Both the position numbers and the translations under genes were made by a program. Shown in pieces: positions 26,651-38,436 of a stretch of DNA of 64,000 nt (its first letter is position 1; each line of letters begins with the position of its first letter). The DNA lies in the NCBI GenBank assembly GCA_964187785.1, contig OZ076409.1, positions 23,376,001-23,440,000 on the forward strand, given 5' to 3'. The DNA is from Amphiscolops sp. MND2022. Taxonomy: Eukaryota. The notes under the pieces were generated by a model. It did no database searches. It was not told the origin of the DNA and was given only the letters and a program-made list of their open reading frames with translations.

Positions 26651-27169
26651 CAAAACGAAAGGACGGATGAGATGTTTGGACTTGGTATTGGTTTCATTGG
26701 TTGAGGATCAGGTCTTTCACGTTTTTTCACTTTCCGATAGACCTTCTTCTGACATTTCAGTGGAAGATAAAACGTTTTGGGCAAAGGAACTAAATTCTGT
26801 ACTTTTGTCACTCAAATCAACAATATTAATGTCTTTAACATGTTCTACAAAAGGTACAGAAGTTTCGTCAGTTTGGTCGACCACGATTGGTCTAAACATA
26901 AAGGTTGTCAGCTCTGCCTTTCCGAGGACAGTCTTACTTTGGAGTATTAAGTTTTCGCTGGCTGTCCGGTTTCGCACGGCTAAGAATACCGTGCCGTCTT
27001 CTCCTACTGAAGTCATGTGTCTTCTGAAACAATTGGAGTTCGATTGTGCACCCCGCTGGGGTGTATCATTACGTTACGGAATAGGTATTCATTGGGGTTT
27101 TGGGTATTGACTTGGGCCCTAACTAATTTGCGTTCAAATGGACCTAGCACAATTTTTTTTGGTGGAAAC

Positions 27170-28050
27170 TACTGAAGAAGGTTCATGGCCACTAACCTTA
27201 TGGCCTGGTTTGAAATGGCGAGGAGCTTTGGGTCGCGGATGGTTACCCTCATTGCGGTTAGGTCTACGAGGACGTTGTACGTACGCAGAAAATTGCGAAC
27301 AAGTAGGAAATCCTCTGTTCCCAAGTGGTCTGCAATGACTATGAAATTCGTCTTGAGCGTGTGACCACCCAGTTGAAAGTTCACATTTTAGGCGATACCA
27401 ATGGTGTTTATGGTTTTGCCGTTGGCTGCATACAATTGGATGTCCTATGGCAACAGGCTCAAGTCTTGGGCGGATGCGATTTTTTGATATGCAGTGAGTG
27501 AGAGGATAGAGACCCCGGAACCGGTGTCTATCATGCCATACAAAGGGATGGGCTCTTGTAGGGTGTTGGCAAAGGCAACCACCAGTGATGCCTTTCGTCT
27601 ATTCGAGCTTCCACCTGTGCGTCTTGCACACCAATATTGTAGCATCGCAACTCTTGGCGGCCTAAGTATAATCCCTGTGGGAAACGTCCTTCTAGGACTA
27701 CTATTGCGTCAAGTTTCATATCAACGCCATTTATGTTGATAGCGACTGCAACCGGAGATATTGTTTTTACCTTTTGGATGGGCGCAAGTTTAGTTTCATC
27801 TTCTCTGGCGAAGTGCGGTAGCGGTCGAGCGGCGATTATGTATTTAACATTTCTGCACAGTTCTTCTTTCAGTTGAGATAGCGTCAGTTCGGGACGCGAC
27901 TTTTGTTCGGCCGAAAGAAGCAAATGTACGGAAATGAGGGTTTCGGTGCAATTCCATGCAGGTGCTTCTAACGTGGTGAGCACCTGTTTCTCGCCACAAG
28001 TGTCGATAATGGGGCGTGAGGGGCCTCCGGCCTCTGCGACAGAAATCACC
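27170..28050 (-). pseudogene. Aspartic protease (with an upstream degenerate protease-like domain)
   Basis: IDTGSGVSIL and FLLVRNFL, preceded by a retropepsin-like segment ending LYLGRQEL that has no DTG. Confidence 0.8.
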
Positions 28051-28149
28051 TGGACTTGGTGGTCCTGAGTTACGCTATCGAACTGGTTGGTTTGGGGGGC
28101 ATACCATGCCGCTCTAACTTGTTCTTCTTGTCTAGGGTGTTCAGGGGTC

Positions 28150-30814
28150 ATACATTCTGATGCCGAATGTTCGGTGCAGCCACAATTGATGCAAAAGGCG
28201 AGGGTACCCTGGATTGGTAGTGATGCTGGGTAGATCTCAATTTTCATTCCGTGTGGCTGTGATGGACAAGTCCATCCTCCGGTTGGGTTCGTATGGCAGG
28301 AGTTCACTTGCTGTTGCACTGGCTCTCGTGCACGATCTTCCAGCGGGCAGTCTATCACAAAATGTGATGGGTCGCCACAATTTAAACATGCTCTTTGAGG
28401 TGGTTGTCTATAGGGTGCCGGTTGTTTAGGTTGGGGTTGTTGAGCATGTTGTGCTGGTGGGGGAATTGCCGGAGGCAATTTCGGTTGTGGGTTGGGTTGG
28501 GTTTTGGAGCTTGTTGTTGCTTTGGAGGGGCCATCTGGTAATTGTCCGGGCGAGATGAACCACGCATACGCAGATATTGTTGGACAGTGAAGCGGAGCGC
28601 TTTCACCGTTGGAGGTGCCTCTACGTATTGTTCTGGAGCGTACATGAGAGCGAGATTTCGTTTGTTCTTTGAGAGCTCAAAGTTGCGTACTCCCTCTTTG
28701 AACCTTCGCATGATTTCATATCGTCGAACGGTTACTTCTTCTTTGGCGTAACCCTGGATACGTAAACCTTCAAGGGCAACTAGGTATTGCATATAATCTT
28801 CTTCATTGTTTTGGTTGCGGGTTCGAAATTGTTGTTGGATGTGGATCTTGCTTGATCCAGTTCCAAAACGACGTGCCAATGTCGCGAAGACTTTATCGTC
28901 AGTGTCTCTTTCTGCCCCGGACTTGTTGGTGATATAATCTCTTGCTTCGTGTTCTAAGTACTCGATTATTGTCCAGGCTTTGTCAAGGGGGAAGGCTCTG
29001 GCGTGCGTTTTCTCTAGATGGCGTTCCATTAACATCATTCATCCGTCAGCATTGCCGTCTTTCGTTCCTCGATACTCTGTGGGCTTGTTTTTTGATTCTT
29101 TGGCCGCTAGTAGCGGTTCCAGGCCCTTCGACATGGCGGTCGATATGGCTTCTACCTGCGCTTGTCGTTGGCTGGTTCTTGGGGTGTCGGGTATTGCGTT
29201 CGAAGCTTCGAGAGTTTCCTCCGTTTCCCCGTGATCTTGTTCTAAATTTCGTTTGATCGTGAGTTTTCGTTGCGTGCTCGTGGCCTTTGGCCGCGGGACG
29301 ATTTCATATACGTTTGTTTGGGCGGGTTTTGACGCTTGCACTGGTTCGAGCAGTGTAGTAATTTGACTCTCTTGTGGCCATTCCGCTCGCATGTGAATAG
29401 TAGTCTCCCGTGTTCGATGCACCATGGGCGAAAGGATCAAATGAGACACTAGTTATTGGGTCTGTACCAACATCGCGTGACTCGGTTTGGATTACTCTCG
29501 CCATCTTGTTGGTTTTTGGTAGGTCGCTTTTGTATGTTGCAGGCGGTATTAGTTTCAAAAGCTTGACTTGTTGCACACTGGGTTGTGCAACTTTCCGATA
29601 GGTGGCTTGTGTTGGTAATGGAGCTGCACTGGTAGAAGGCAAATCGTTTAGGTGTGGTATCATAGGCGCCACTGGCGCTGCTTTTGCTTGTGCAGGTGCT
29701 GTTTGAGACGCCATGGCTCTCACTCCTAACGTCAAGTCTTTCATTGCAGTCATTATGTCTGTCATGCGGGTGTTTGCATCGGTTTCTTTGCGCTGCATTA
29801 GATCGAACATTAGCCTCATAAGTTCGTCGGCTTGACGATCTCTTTCTTTCCTCACGGCTGACACTTCAGCCATGCGAGTGTCGGCCATGTTTTCTCGCTG
29901 CTTGATTAGATCGTTCAGGGAGGCCATGCATGCTTCGAGTCTTCCTTGGTTTTGGCGTCCTTTTGCTTGTATTTCCAGGATACCCTTTCTCTCATTTTAT
30001 CCATATCTCTCATGATGACTTCGGCTCGCATTGCGTGTTCGCTATTTTCCCGAGCCAATCGTGGGTGCACTTGTGAGAGTTGAGCTAAATTACCTCGAAA
30101 ATCTTCTCTGGCCGCCTGCGATTCTTTTCTGATCTTAGTTGAATCTGGGGCCGTTTCCACGCTTGCTCTGGAGTTAGGCGTGTAAGTTAATCGCTCGGTA
30201 TTTCCTTGGCCAGAGCTCAGGTTTCTTGACGGAGGCGTTCTGAAGACATACCGCAGTGGGTTATATTCCATTTGGGTTGATAGGTTTCCGTTCGGTTTGT
30301 TTGGTGCCTTAGATGTTTCTCCTGGTTGTGTGTATCCGCTAGAAAAGGATTTCGGACTGCGCTATTGGTTAGCGTATGAGAACCCGATGGGTCCCTATGA
30401 ATCGATGGGGTGCGGGGAGCCGCCACCGGAGTTGCGATGTCGCTGTCTTGCGATGCGGCTTCTTCGGTGGTGCTTACTTCGCACAATGGTTTTTTGTTTG
30501 AGTTTGGCCATCCCTCTAAACTATAGTCGGTGACTTCTAGAGGGGGCCACGCATTATTTTGCGTGGTATTTTCAGCACCATCCACTGGAATAGTACTGTC
30601 GGGAAAGCTTGCGACGAACTTGGCTGCTCGGTAGCAGCTGTCATTTCCACATTTTGTTCCGAATTGGAGACATAGCCAGACATGAGTTCTGAAAATATAT
30701 CTACAATGGTGGATTCGAGTAGTTTTTGGTGAGAGTGTCCCACTTGATCACGTTTTCTGTTGCGCTGCCGAATGGATTTGTAGCATGGAAATTTCTGAGT
30801 TCATTCCTGTCCAT
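28150..30814 (-). pseudogene. Long Gag with two CCHC zinc knuckles
   Basis: CLNCGDPSHFVIDC and CINCGCTEHSASEC; capsid-like region LARRFG...QQQFRTRNQ...YLVALEGL; long coiled-coil/low-complexity N-terminus. Start ATG (30814) inferred. Confidence 0.85.
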
Positions 30815-31239
30815 TTTCACTAGTTTTGCTGTGTATGATTTGATTGTGACTCGAGTTCTACCTTTCGTTTGTGGTGGTTACGTCTTCTACCCTTCCCCCT
30901 TCGAAATGGAAGCTGGTGGAGGTAGCAGGAAATTTACCGTTTCTATTAATAACTCAATTTCAGAGGTGACTAAGCCTGTGTGGTGATGGTTAACGTTGGC
31001 AGGCTTAATTTCTCGGGATAGTGATCAAATAAAGAACTTATAAGATTTCTGGTAGTTCTACTAACTAAACTAAAGTAATTCTACGTACTTTGATTAACTG
31101 AAAGTATTGTTTTTTTAATGAGTGGAATGGGTTTGAGTTCAACAAAAAGTTTTTCTTTCGATTACTAGGACAAGAAGTTACGAATTATTGTGCACTGATT
31201 CTTCCTCGGAACGGCCGTGGGCGATACGACCGATTTTTA

Positions 31240-32050
31240 TTGGAAGTTTTGGGTGGCAGTTGAGGTTCGGTTGTTGTCGTTGGGATGATCTTGGCGCAAT
31301 GCGCTTTTTGACCAGTTTTTTACGATACTCACCGCTGAGTTTGAAAGGATTGTCCAGACTGTGAGATAATACCGTTCAGTTATGTGTTCGTTTTTCTTGT
31401 TAGCTTGATCTTTGACTTTCTATCTTCTTGTCTCACAGAGTGTATCCTTGAGGGTCCCTGGTTTTGGAAACGCTTAGGTGGCGGTTCTATCGGTTCAACG
31501 GGAGGCATCGGGGATGCTTCACGTGTAAAAGAGGTGTTTTGAGGTATTTGCAAGCTAGTTTTGAGATCGAAAGTGCGCGATTCTTCGTTCAAAATTCGCA
31601 AAATCAATAATTTTTTCGTCGAATAGTGTGTCTGGAAAGGGGTGAAAATTACTTCCAGCGTTAGTAGCGACCTAAAAATTTCACACCGTTTACTACACTA
31701 GTTGAATCGTGGGGAATTGGACACCGAATGCGCAGAAATTGACTCTATGGGTCTTGCGATCTTCTAACAATGTTCACCGGAACTTTGACTATGTGAGAAA
31801 ATATACAAAAGTGAATCAAACTCGCCTTCTAGGCGCTCTAGCTGCTTGAAATTTTGTGTGCGAGCGTGAATTATGCCCAAGTAGCGGAAAAACACGGCGG
31901 CAAGGCGCCTGGAATAGTATCTGGCGATTCGGTGTGACACTCTCGGAACAGTGTGGAAAACGCTCGTTTTCACCAAGAACTTTGTTTTTCTTGGTGTTCT
32001 AATGTTCCGAATGGTTTTATCAGTAGTGTGTGGACATGTGACAACTTTAT
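31240..32050 (-). pseudogene. Putative ORF0 upstream of gag
   Basis: ORFs 31764-31976 and 31380-31607 are in the same frame, separated by two stops. No recognised motif. Confidence 0.4.
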
Positions 32051-33054
32051 TCAGGGTTTTGGGGTTGTTTCAAGAATTAGTTTGGTTTCAATAACACTCA
32101 GGTCTATTGGGTTCCTCTACTGAGGCCTGTATGTTATAAAAGTAAGGGACTGATAAATGTTTAATTTATAATGGGGAAAGCGAAAAACCGTCTTGACAGC
32201 AGTGTTACTTGCTGCCAAGCTCGACAACAAAATTTATGGGCCCTTCAAAAGGCTTGGGAGCTAACGCGCAAGGCTTTGCTTGTGTCAAATTGGGTCAAAG
32301 TGGCCAAATTTGACTATTTTCTAACAGATTTCGCTTAATTTTTCGATATTTTCGGTAAAGTGGCCCTGTAAAAGTTTTTGTTCCTGACCCAGTGGGTTCG
32401 TTAGAATGTTTTTCTAGTATTTCTACTGGCCGTAATCTGTTTAACAAAAGTTTGATCTTCAAAGTTGAAACTTTCGGTGTTTGAGCTATAAATAGTGCTT
32501 ATTTCGAGGTTTTCGAGCTCAAATTTTTTAACAATTGGTCTGAACACCCTCTGGGTATTTTTTCCAGTTATTTATTATGGGAATAGGCCTGGGAATATTC
32601 TTTTTGGGCCGTTAAAAGCAATAGGAATGAAATAACCCTTCTGGGTTCGTAGATTCGGCAGTTGCAGGTGGTGAGGAGGTCACGACGTGAAGTACCTGAC
32701 GCCTTGTACTCAGCTGGTTGGGGTGTTCACGAATTGTCCTCTCGGTCCCTGTACATTGCCAATTAGCTGAAAGTAAGATGGAAAACCAATTAAAACATGT
32801 TCCAGATAGGCCGGAATTGCTTTTCTATTAAATAAAAGTAGGATTTAAGGGGGTACACCGTTAGAAAGTGTCAATTTCTCTTTATAGACTTCAGAAACAT
32901 GCGGGAAACGCAGGAACAACACTAGTACAAAACCCAGAGGGCCAAACACAGATTCTAAAAATAATCTAGGACCCTTCTTTGAGCTTTTCCTAGATCCAGA
33001 CCTAACAGGGCCGGAAAACAGAAGTTGCTCATACTTGTACGCAAAATGAAAAAT

Positions 33055-33072
33055 ATCCCCCTGTGGTCGCCA
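33055..33072 (-). promoter_or_regulatory. Primer-binding site, probably tRNA-Arg(TCG)
   Basis: Minus strand TGGCGACCACAGGGGGAT is complementary to a tRNA ending ...GTGGTCGCCA, like metazoan tRNA-Arg(TCG). It lies 16 nt inside the 5' LTR end. Confidence 0.7.
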
Positions 33073-33088
33073 TAAAAACTATTCCAGA

Positions 33089-34872
33089 TGTAAGGACCGG
33101 CTAGCGACGCACAGCTAGGAAGAGGGATAATGCCTTAAACAGGAGACCGTTGTCTTACTACATCGCTAGACACTAGTTTTTGATCCCAAAATGGTCTCCA
33201 AGGGTGACTTTTCTATCGTCTAAGGAGGCTTCTCTAATTAGAGCTCCGAAGCAGCGTGCCGGCACTCTCAAAGTCCGGACACGCTCCACAAGCCTGTAAA
33301 AACATTCCCTAATATTCCTAGCACGTTCCTACGACTTCCCACATATTTCCGAGGTCAAAAAAGGTATCTATCTGAAACACATTTTCTTTGGAGAATTAGA
33401 TCTCAAACGACCTAGAAGGTCAAATATCTTCCAAATACACAGAAATACCAGTAAAGAAGTAGCGATAATGCACAGGGATAAGCCTCAATTACATTGCAGT
33501 TTGTCGTTGATCCTCAACATCTTCCCTCTGGCACTACTCCGTCTTTTCGTGTGCTCTTCCAGCGAGATGACACAACACTCCGCTCGTCTTGTTTCTCTTT
33601 GGCATTTCTCGATTTTTCTTCACATTCTTGCTTTTTCTCAATATTCTTCCACGTGCTCTCTTCTTTGCTCTGTCTCCGCGTGGTTTCTTTTTTCGTTCAA
33701 GTTCTCGTACCTGCCAGGTCGCCATTTTTATTGTGCTATTTCGATACCGCACATTTCTAATTTTTCAACGAAATTTTGTCATGCCGGTGGCTGACGTGGT
33801 AAATAGTCAATTGGCTTAATGCCATTTGGCTTAAAGTCATTTGGCTTAATACAATTGGTCACTTGTCCTAATTTTTTAAAGCTAAGTGTCTCGGGTATTG
33901 GTCACTTGGCTTAAAGTCATTTGACTTAAAACCACTTAGTTTAAAACACGTGGCAGATTTTGTCGAATTTATCTTTATAACGTAGTCAGCGTATTATTAT
34001 AACATGCCATTTCAAGTACCCCTCGGATATGTCCCCATTTCCTCTAGTGCCTCGCGGCCCCTTGGGGCCGCTCATATTCCCATCTTGCTAAGCGAGGTCG
34101 AACAGGAGCAAAAACCTAGTGGGAACGGAGATCGCGAAGCGATCGTAGTGGGAGTTGGTCTTTGCGACGGTGAGGGCGAGCGTAGTGTACGCCTTTGTTC
34201 TAATTGCTTGGGTCTAATGGATTTAGATCTAACTGTTAGGTCTAACTTTAAGATCTAATTTTATCTAAAATACTTAGGTCTAACCCCTTTATGATCTAAT
34301 ATGTGTTCTGAAAGCGAAAATATAATGTGGGGCATATGCGATGTATGCACGCTCGCCCTCACTGTCGCAAAGACCAGCTCCCACGATGATCGCTTCGCGA
34401 CCTCCGTTCCCGCTAGGTCTTCGCTCCTGTTCGACCTCGCTTAGCAAGATGGGATTATAAGCGGCCCCAAGGGGCCGCGGGGGACTAGAGGAAATGGGGA
34501 CATATCCGAGGCACAATTTATACTTTATATCACTTTTTAGTTTTTGATCCTAATTGACCTATTTTTTCTCCGAAATTAGATCAAATTAGAAGAGATTTTT
34601 AGACCTGATTATTTAGATCAATTTATTCAGATCTCAGTTTTGCCCCCTCTCTTAGATCTATTTCATTAGACCTGATTCCACGTAGTCAGGGCGAGCGTGC
34701 ATACACCGCATATGCCCACAATTGATATTTACGTGAGTTGACTTTTTCATTCCGTGAGTTGGAATGGAGTTGGCTTAATTTTGTGGTCACTTGGCTGAAA
34801 ATTTTTAAGCCAAATGACAAAAAAATTAAGCCAAATGGTATTAAGCCAAGTGACGTAACCGCTGACGTTACA
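33089..34872 (-). repeat. 5' LTR of giant Gypsy, interrupted near its outer end by a MITE
   Basis: TGTAAGGACCGGCTAG at 33089. The LTR runs to GCTGACGT (33797) and resumes as GCTGACGTTACA at 34861-34872. Confidence 0.93.
33798..34860. mobile_element. MITE/non-autonomous DNA transposon, GG...CC ends, 8-bp TSD GCTGACGT (Merlin-like)
   Basis: TIRs GGTAAATAGTCAATTGGCTTAATGCCATTTGGCTTAA and rc GGTTACGTCACTTGGCTTAATACCATTTGGCTTAA; TTGGCTTAA arrays; inverted pair of core modules at 34021-34183 and 34349-34511. Confidence 0.9.
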
Positions 34873-35073
34873 TATCTTGCTAAGCGAGGTCGAACAGGAG
34901 CAAAGACCTGGCTGGATTGAAGTTCGCAAAGCGATCGTAGTGTGAGGTGACTTGTGCGACTGTGAGGGCGAGTGTGCATATACCGTAAATGACCCCACGT
35001 TTTTCCTTAGACGTCATCTTCATTCATTTTAGACCTTAGTTACAGTGCATGCTTTTAAATGCTTGGTCAAAAT

Positions 35074-35590
35074 GGAAACGACGTTTCGGCAAAAAAATTC
35101 GAGACGTTTTTGCAAATTTTCATGCCGAAACGTCCCGTATTATCTTGGTTTTGTTTTTGGTTTTCTACAAACTGGACCTAACCAGTAAGATAATATACCA
35201 GTTTGTAGAATTCTGAAATTTAAGAAAACCGATAAGACCATTAATGTAGGAATGATGCAAAGCATAAAGCGTGTCTCTGATATGTCCCCATTTCCTCTAG
35301 TGCCCCGAGGCCCCTTGGGGCCGCTTATATTCTCATCTTGCTAAGCGAGGTCGAACAGGAGCAAAGACCTAGCGGGAACGGAGATCGCGAAGCTATCGTA
35401 GTGGGAGCTGGTCTTTGCGACGGTGAGGGCTAGCGTGCATAAACTGGATATGCCCCACATATCATACGAAACGTTTCGGCAAATTTTTTTAGCCTGAGAC
35501 GTTTCGGCATATTTTTTTTGCCGAAACGTCCGCCGCCATGTTTTTGCCGAAACGTCCGCCGCCATGTTTTTGCCGAAACGTCCGGAATCC
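35074..35590. mobile_element. MITE, GG...CC ends, 8-bp TSD GTCAAAAT (Merlin-like)
   Basis: GTCAAAAT at 35066-35073 and 35591-35598. TIRs GGAAACGACGTTTCGGCAAAAA and rc GGATTCCGGACGTTTCGGCAAAAA; core module at ~35278-35440. Confidence 0.88.
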
Positions 35591-36171
35591 GTCAAAATGA
35601 GGTTTTAAAAAGTTCTGCAAATTGGGTAATTGTCATAATGGGATATACAACCTGGTCAGATTTGCTGAACCATTCAAGAAGGAACTGTTTTGGGGAAATC
35701 GTTCAGGAAAATTTTGACAATTACAGCAAGATGAACAAGTGGTCATGGAAATTAACATGCGATCTACTATAGACTTTTTTGATAGATTCCAGTGGATGCC
35801 AGAAATCCTCTCTGCGGGGAAGAGGATAACACATTGCCTGACGTTGTGTAGTAAGCATACTGAGACTATTTGAATAAATTCAGGACAACTATTTATGTCA
35901 TCTGAAAGTAGGCAAAAAAATCCGAGTAGAAACTCCTTACAGTGGTCTCGGAAACTCGCTTGTGGTATACACACTCGCCGTCGAAAAGACTCGTTTCCTC
36001 GTGATCGCTGCAAGGTCTTTCCCGCTGTATCTTTTCCTTCTGCTCGCGTAACAAGACAACCAGGCGTCTAGTAAACGTGTGACGAGGTTCAAAATACTGT
36101 GTATTTGAAAAGTTGCTTGTGGTTACTCTTGGTAATGGAAATAAAAGGTTCTGGTCCACACTAGTTTGACT

Positions 36172-36375
36172 CTCTCACATGAAATAGATCGTCATTAAAA
36201 ACTTGGTGCCATGTAGGGGGGTTGGGAGTTGAGACACTCCCGTGGTCTGCAAACTAGTTAGAATTATCGTTCTTTTCGTTTCAATTTGTCTGCAGACCAC
36301 GGGTGTGTGTCATCTCCCCCACATGATGGCTTACGCGGCACTAGATTAATGACAACGGTCTATGTCATCTGAGAG
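36172..36375. repeat. Foldback / small MITE-like inverted repeat
   Basis: CTCTCACATGAAATAGATCGTCATTAA...CCCGTGGTCTGCA pairs imperfectly with TGCAGACCACGGG...TTAATGAC...CTATGTCATCTGAGAG. Confidence 0.6.
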
Positions 36376-37194
36376 TGGAGAAAAAAGTCATGCTCTATTC
36401 CATTTTAAGAGGCGATTGTCAAGTGAATGGCAAAAATGAAAAAGTAAAAGAATCATGAAGAGAAAAAAGTTGAATAAAATATCGCGGAACTCTGTTCCTG
36501 AATCATCTACTAGAAACGAAGATGTTACCTCGCAATTATGAATCTATCGGTGAAAATGAGACGAAAAAGTTAATCCTAAAACGAAGATCCATGATATCTG
36601 ATAGAGGAAAAGAAAAAAATCCTAAAATTTGAAAACAAAATGAATTGCGGACGTCTGGCAGACGTAGTCTTTTGCTGATGCCCCTGTGTTTGGAGGGTCC
36701 CCTCCCCTGTTTAGGATAGGAATACTTTTGGAGGGTCCCCCCTGGTGCTGTGTGTTTATTTAGTTGTTTTGAATGTTCTTTTGTATACGTTCATTTATAT
36801 ACATACGCATCAGAGAAATTCGAATTCTCCTTTTGAGAGTGTCGGATTGGGTCCTACCTAATAAGGTTCTTATCGGGTTCCTACTACTTGAGAAATACCG
36901 ATCTACTTTATAGGAGTCCGAGGTTGTTTGCCGGCCGGTTCTCCAAGACGTGATTTTTAAATGCACCATGGCCTTCACTTCATGCTTACCAGAACGTTTT
37001 ATTTCGTGAAAATCATCCAAAGTTGTTTTTCGATAGTACCATGGTTGCTCAGACACATTCTGCTGTTAGTGCGTTAGCCGGCTTCGTTGGAAGTATCGGA
37101 TAGTCATTTCACGCTACATTCCTCATCCACCCTCCTTCGTATTGAATCTATTAAATAAAATAATTATTAATTGCGAACAAACATTCTTGTGGAA

Positions 37195-38010
37195 ATGATG
37201 TCTCTTGCGAAAAGAAGAGCTATCGAAGGCCCTCATGTTGGTAGCGGCAAAAAATACTGCAAAGATGAAGGAGCTATTGCAGAATCCTCTCAACGATTGG
37301 CACAACTCCGTGAATCATCCTTATTGTGGGATGATTTCAACAAGTCAGCTTTGGATTTGGCACAGTTCCTCTTGAGCAAATTGTTGGTGCGCGTTGTTGA
37401 TGGTTACATTCTCTCTGGAAAAATCGTTGAAACAGAAGCATACTCCGGTCACCCGGACGTTGCATCACACTCTTTCAAGGGTAAAACTGAGAGAAATAAA
37501 GCTATGTTCATGGCGGCGGGGACATGTTATGTCTATTATATTTACGGACGCCAAAACTGCATTAACGTATCCAGTCAAGAAGATGGAGGAGCTGTTTTAA
37601 TTCGAGCAGTTGAACCTATTGATGGCATTGATTCCATGGTCGCCAATAGAGGGAATTCTTTCCGCGAGGCTCCTGAAAGTACGAAAAAGAAATCATCGTT
37701 TTTAAGAAATTTAACGAATGGACCTGCTAAATTGTGTCAGGCAATGAGTATTACTAAAGACGATTTTAATTGCACCCACTTCGCGCCTAATTCAGTTTCC
37801 AACGACGGCAACGATTTCCTTGCAACCGAAAACGTAACTTTAAATCTTGAACTTTTGATTGCGAATCCTGACTGTGTGGAGAACCTACCGTTGGAGGACA
37901 TTGTTACTGCAACGAGAATAGGAATTGACGGAGCTGGAAAAGAAGCTGCAGCGCAGCCATTCCGGTTTTATATCAAAGACAATCCTTTCGTGAGTCACAT
38001 CAAGAAATAA
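37195..38010 (+). CDS. MPG: DNA-3-methyladenine glycosylase (AAG/MPG), apparently intronless
   Basis: Motifs GKIVETEAY, ASHSFKG, MFMAAGTCYVYYIYG, CINVSS, AVLIRAVEP, TNGPAKLCQAM, TRIGI. First ATG at 37195. Confidence 0.93.
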   Translation: MMSLAKRRAIEGPHVGSGKKYCKDEGAIAESSQRLAQLRESSLLWDDFNKSALDLAQFLLSKLLVRVVDGYILSGKIVETEAYSGHPDVASHSFKGKTERNKAMFMAAGTCYVYYIYGRQNCINVSSQEDGGAVLIRAVEPIDGIDSMVANRGNSFREAPESTKKKSSFLRNLTNGPAKLCQAMSITKDDFNCTHFAPNSVSNDGNDFLATENVTLNLELLIANPDCVENLPLEDIVTATRIGIDGAGKEAAAQPFRFYIKDNPFVSHIKK

Positions 38011-38436
38011 AGATTTTATGCATAAGCTTTCTAAAAGCTTGAGTTTTGTATATATGGTTCCGATAAGCGCTTGGAGATCTGTCAAACCGCCTACAGGTCT
38101 ACGATGAATCGACCCTGTGATGGTTGACAAATTGGACTCAGTTACAATGCCTGCTCCGCTAATCTCATTCCCCTATAAAATTGCTCCTACCATATCGCTA
38201 AATTCATTGTCATAGATATTCAATGAAACTCAATCAATGGCTTCGCTTATTAACAGCTAATTGCCAGAGTCCGCTATTAAAACGTTTTCAATCAGTAGCT
38301 GAAAACGTATTACTTAGAACTCTGTAATCTGAAGTTTGCAATTTCATTTTTCAACAAAAAAGCTTCCTCAAGTTTCTCATCCAGTTTTTTTCAGGCTGTT
38401 TTAATTCCACTAAATTGCAATCAAGATCAATGAAAC

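Larger units (their letters stand above)
14230..34872 (-). mobile_element. Giant Ty3/Gypsy LTR retrotransposon (decayed), ~19.6 kb plus ~1.07-kb nested MITE
   Basis: Two ~750/710-bp LTRs with TG...CA ends, PBS and PPT. Gag-PR-RT-RNaseH-INT in Gypsy order, plus extra ORFs. Many frameshifts and stops. Confidence 0.95.
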
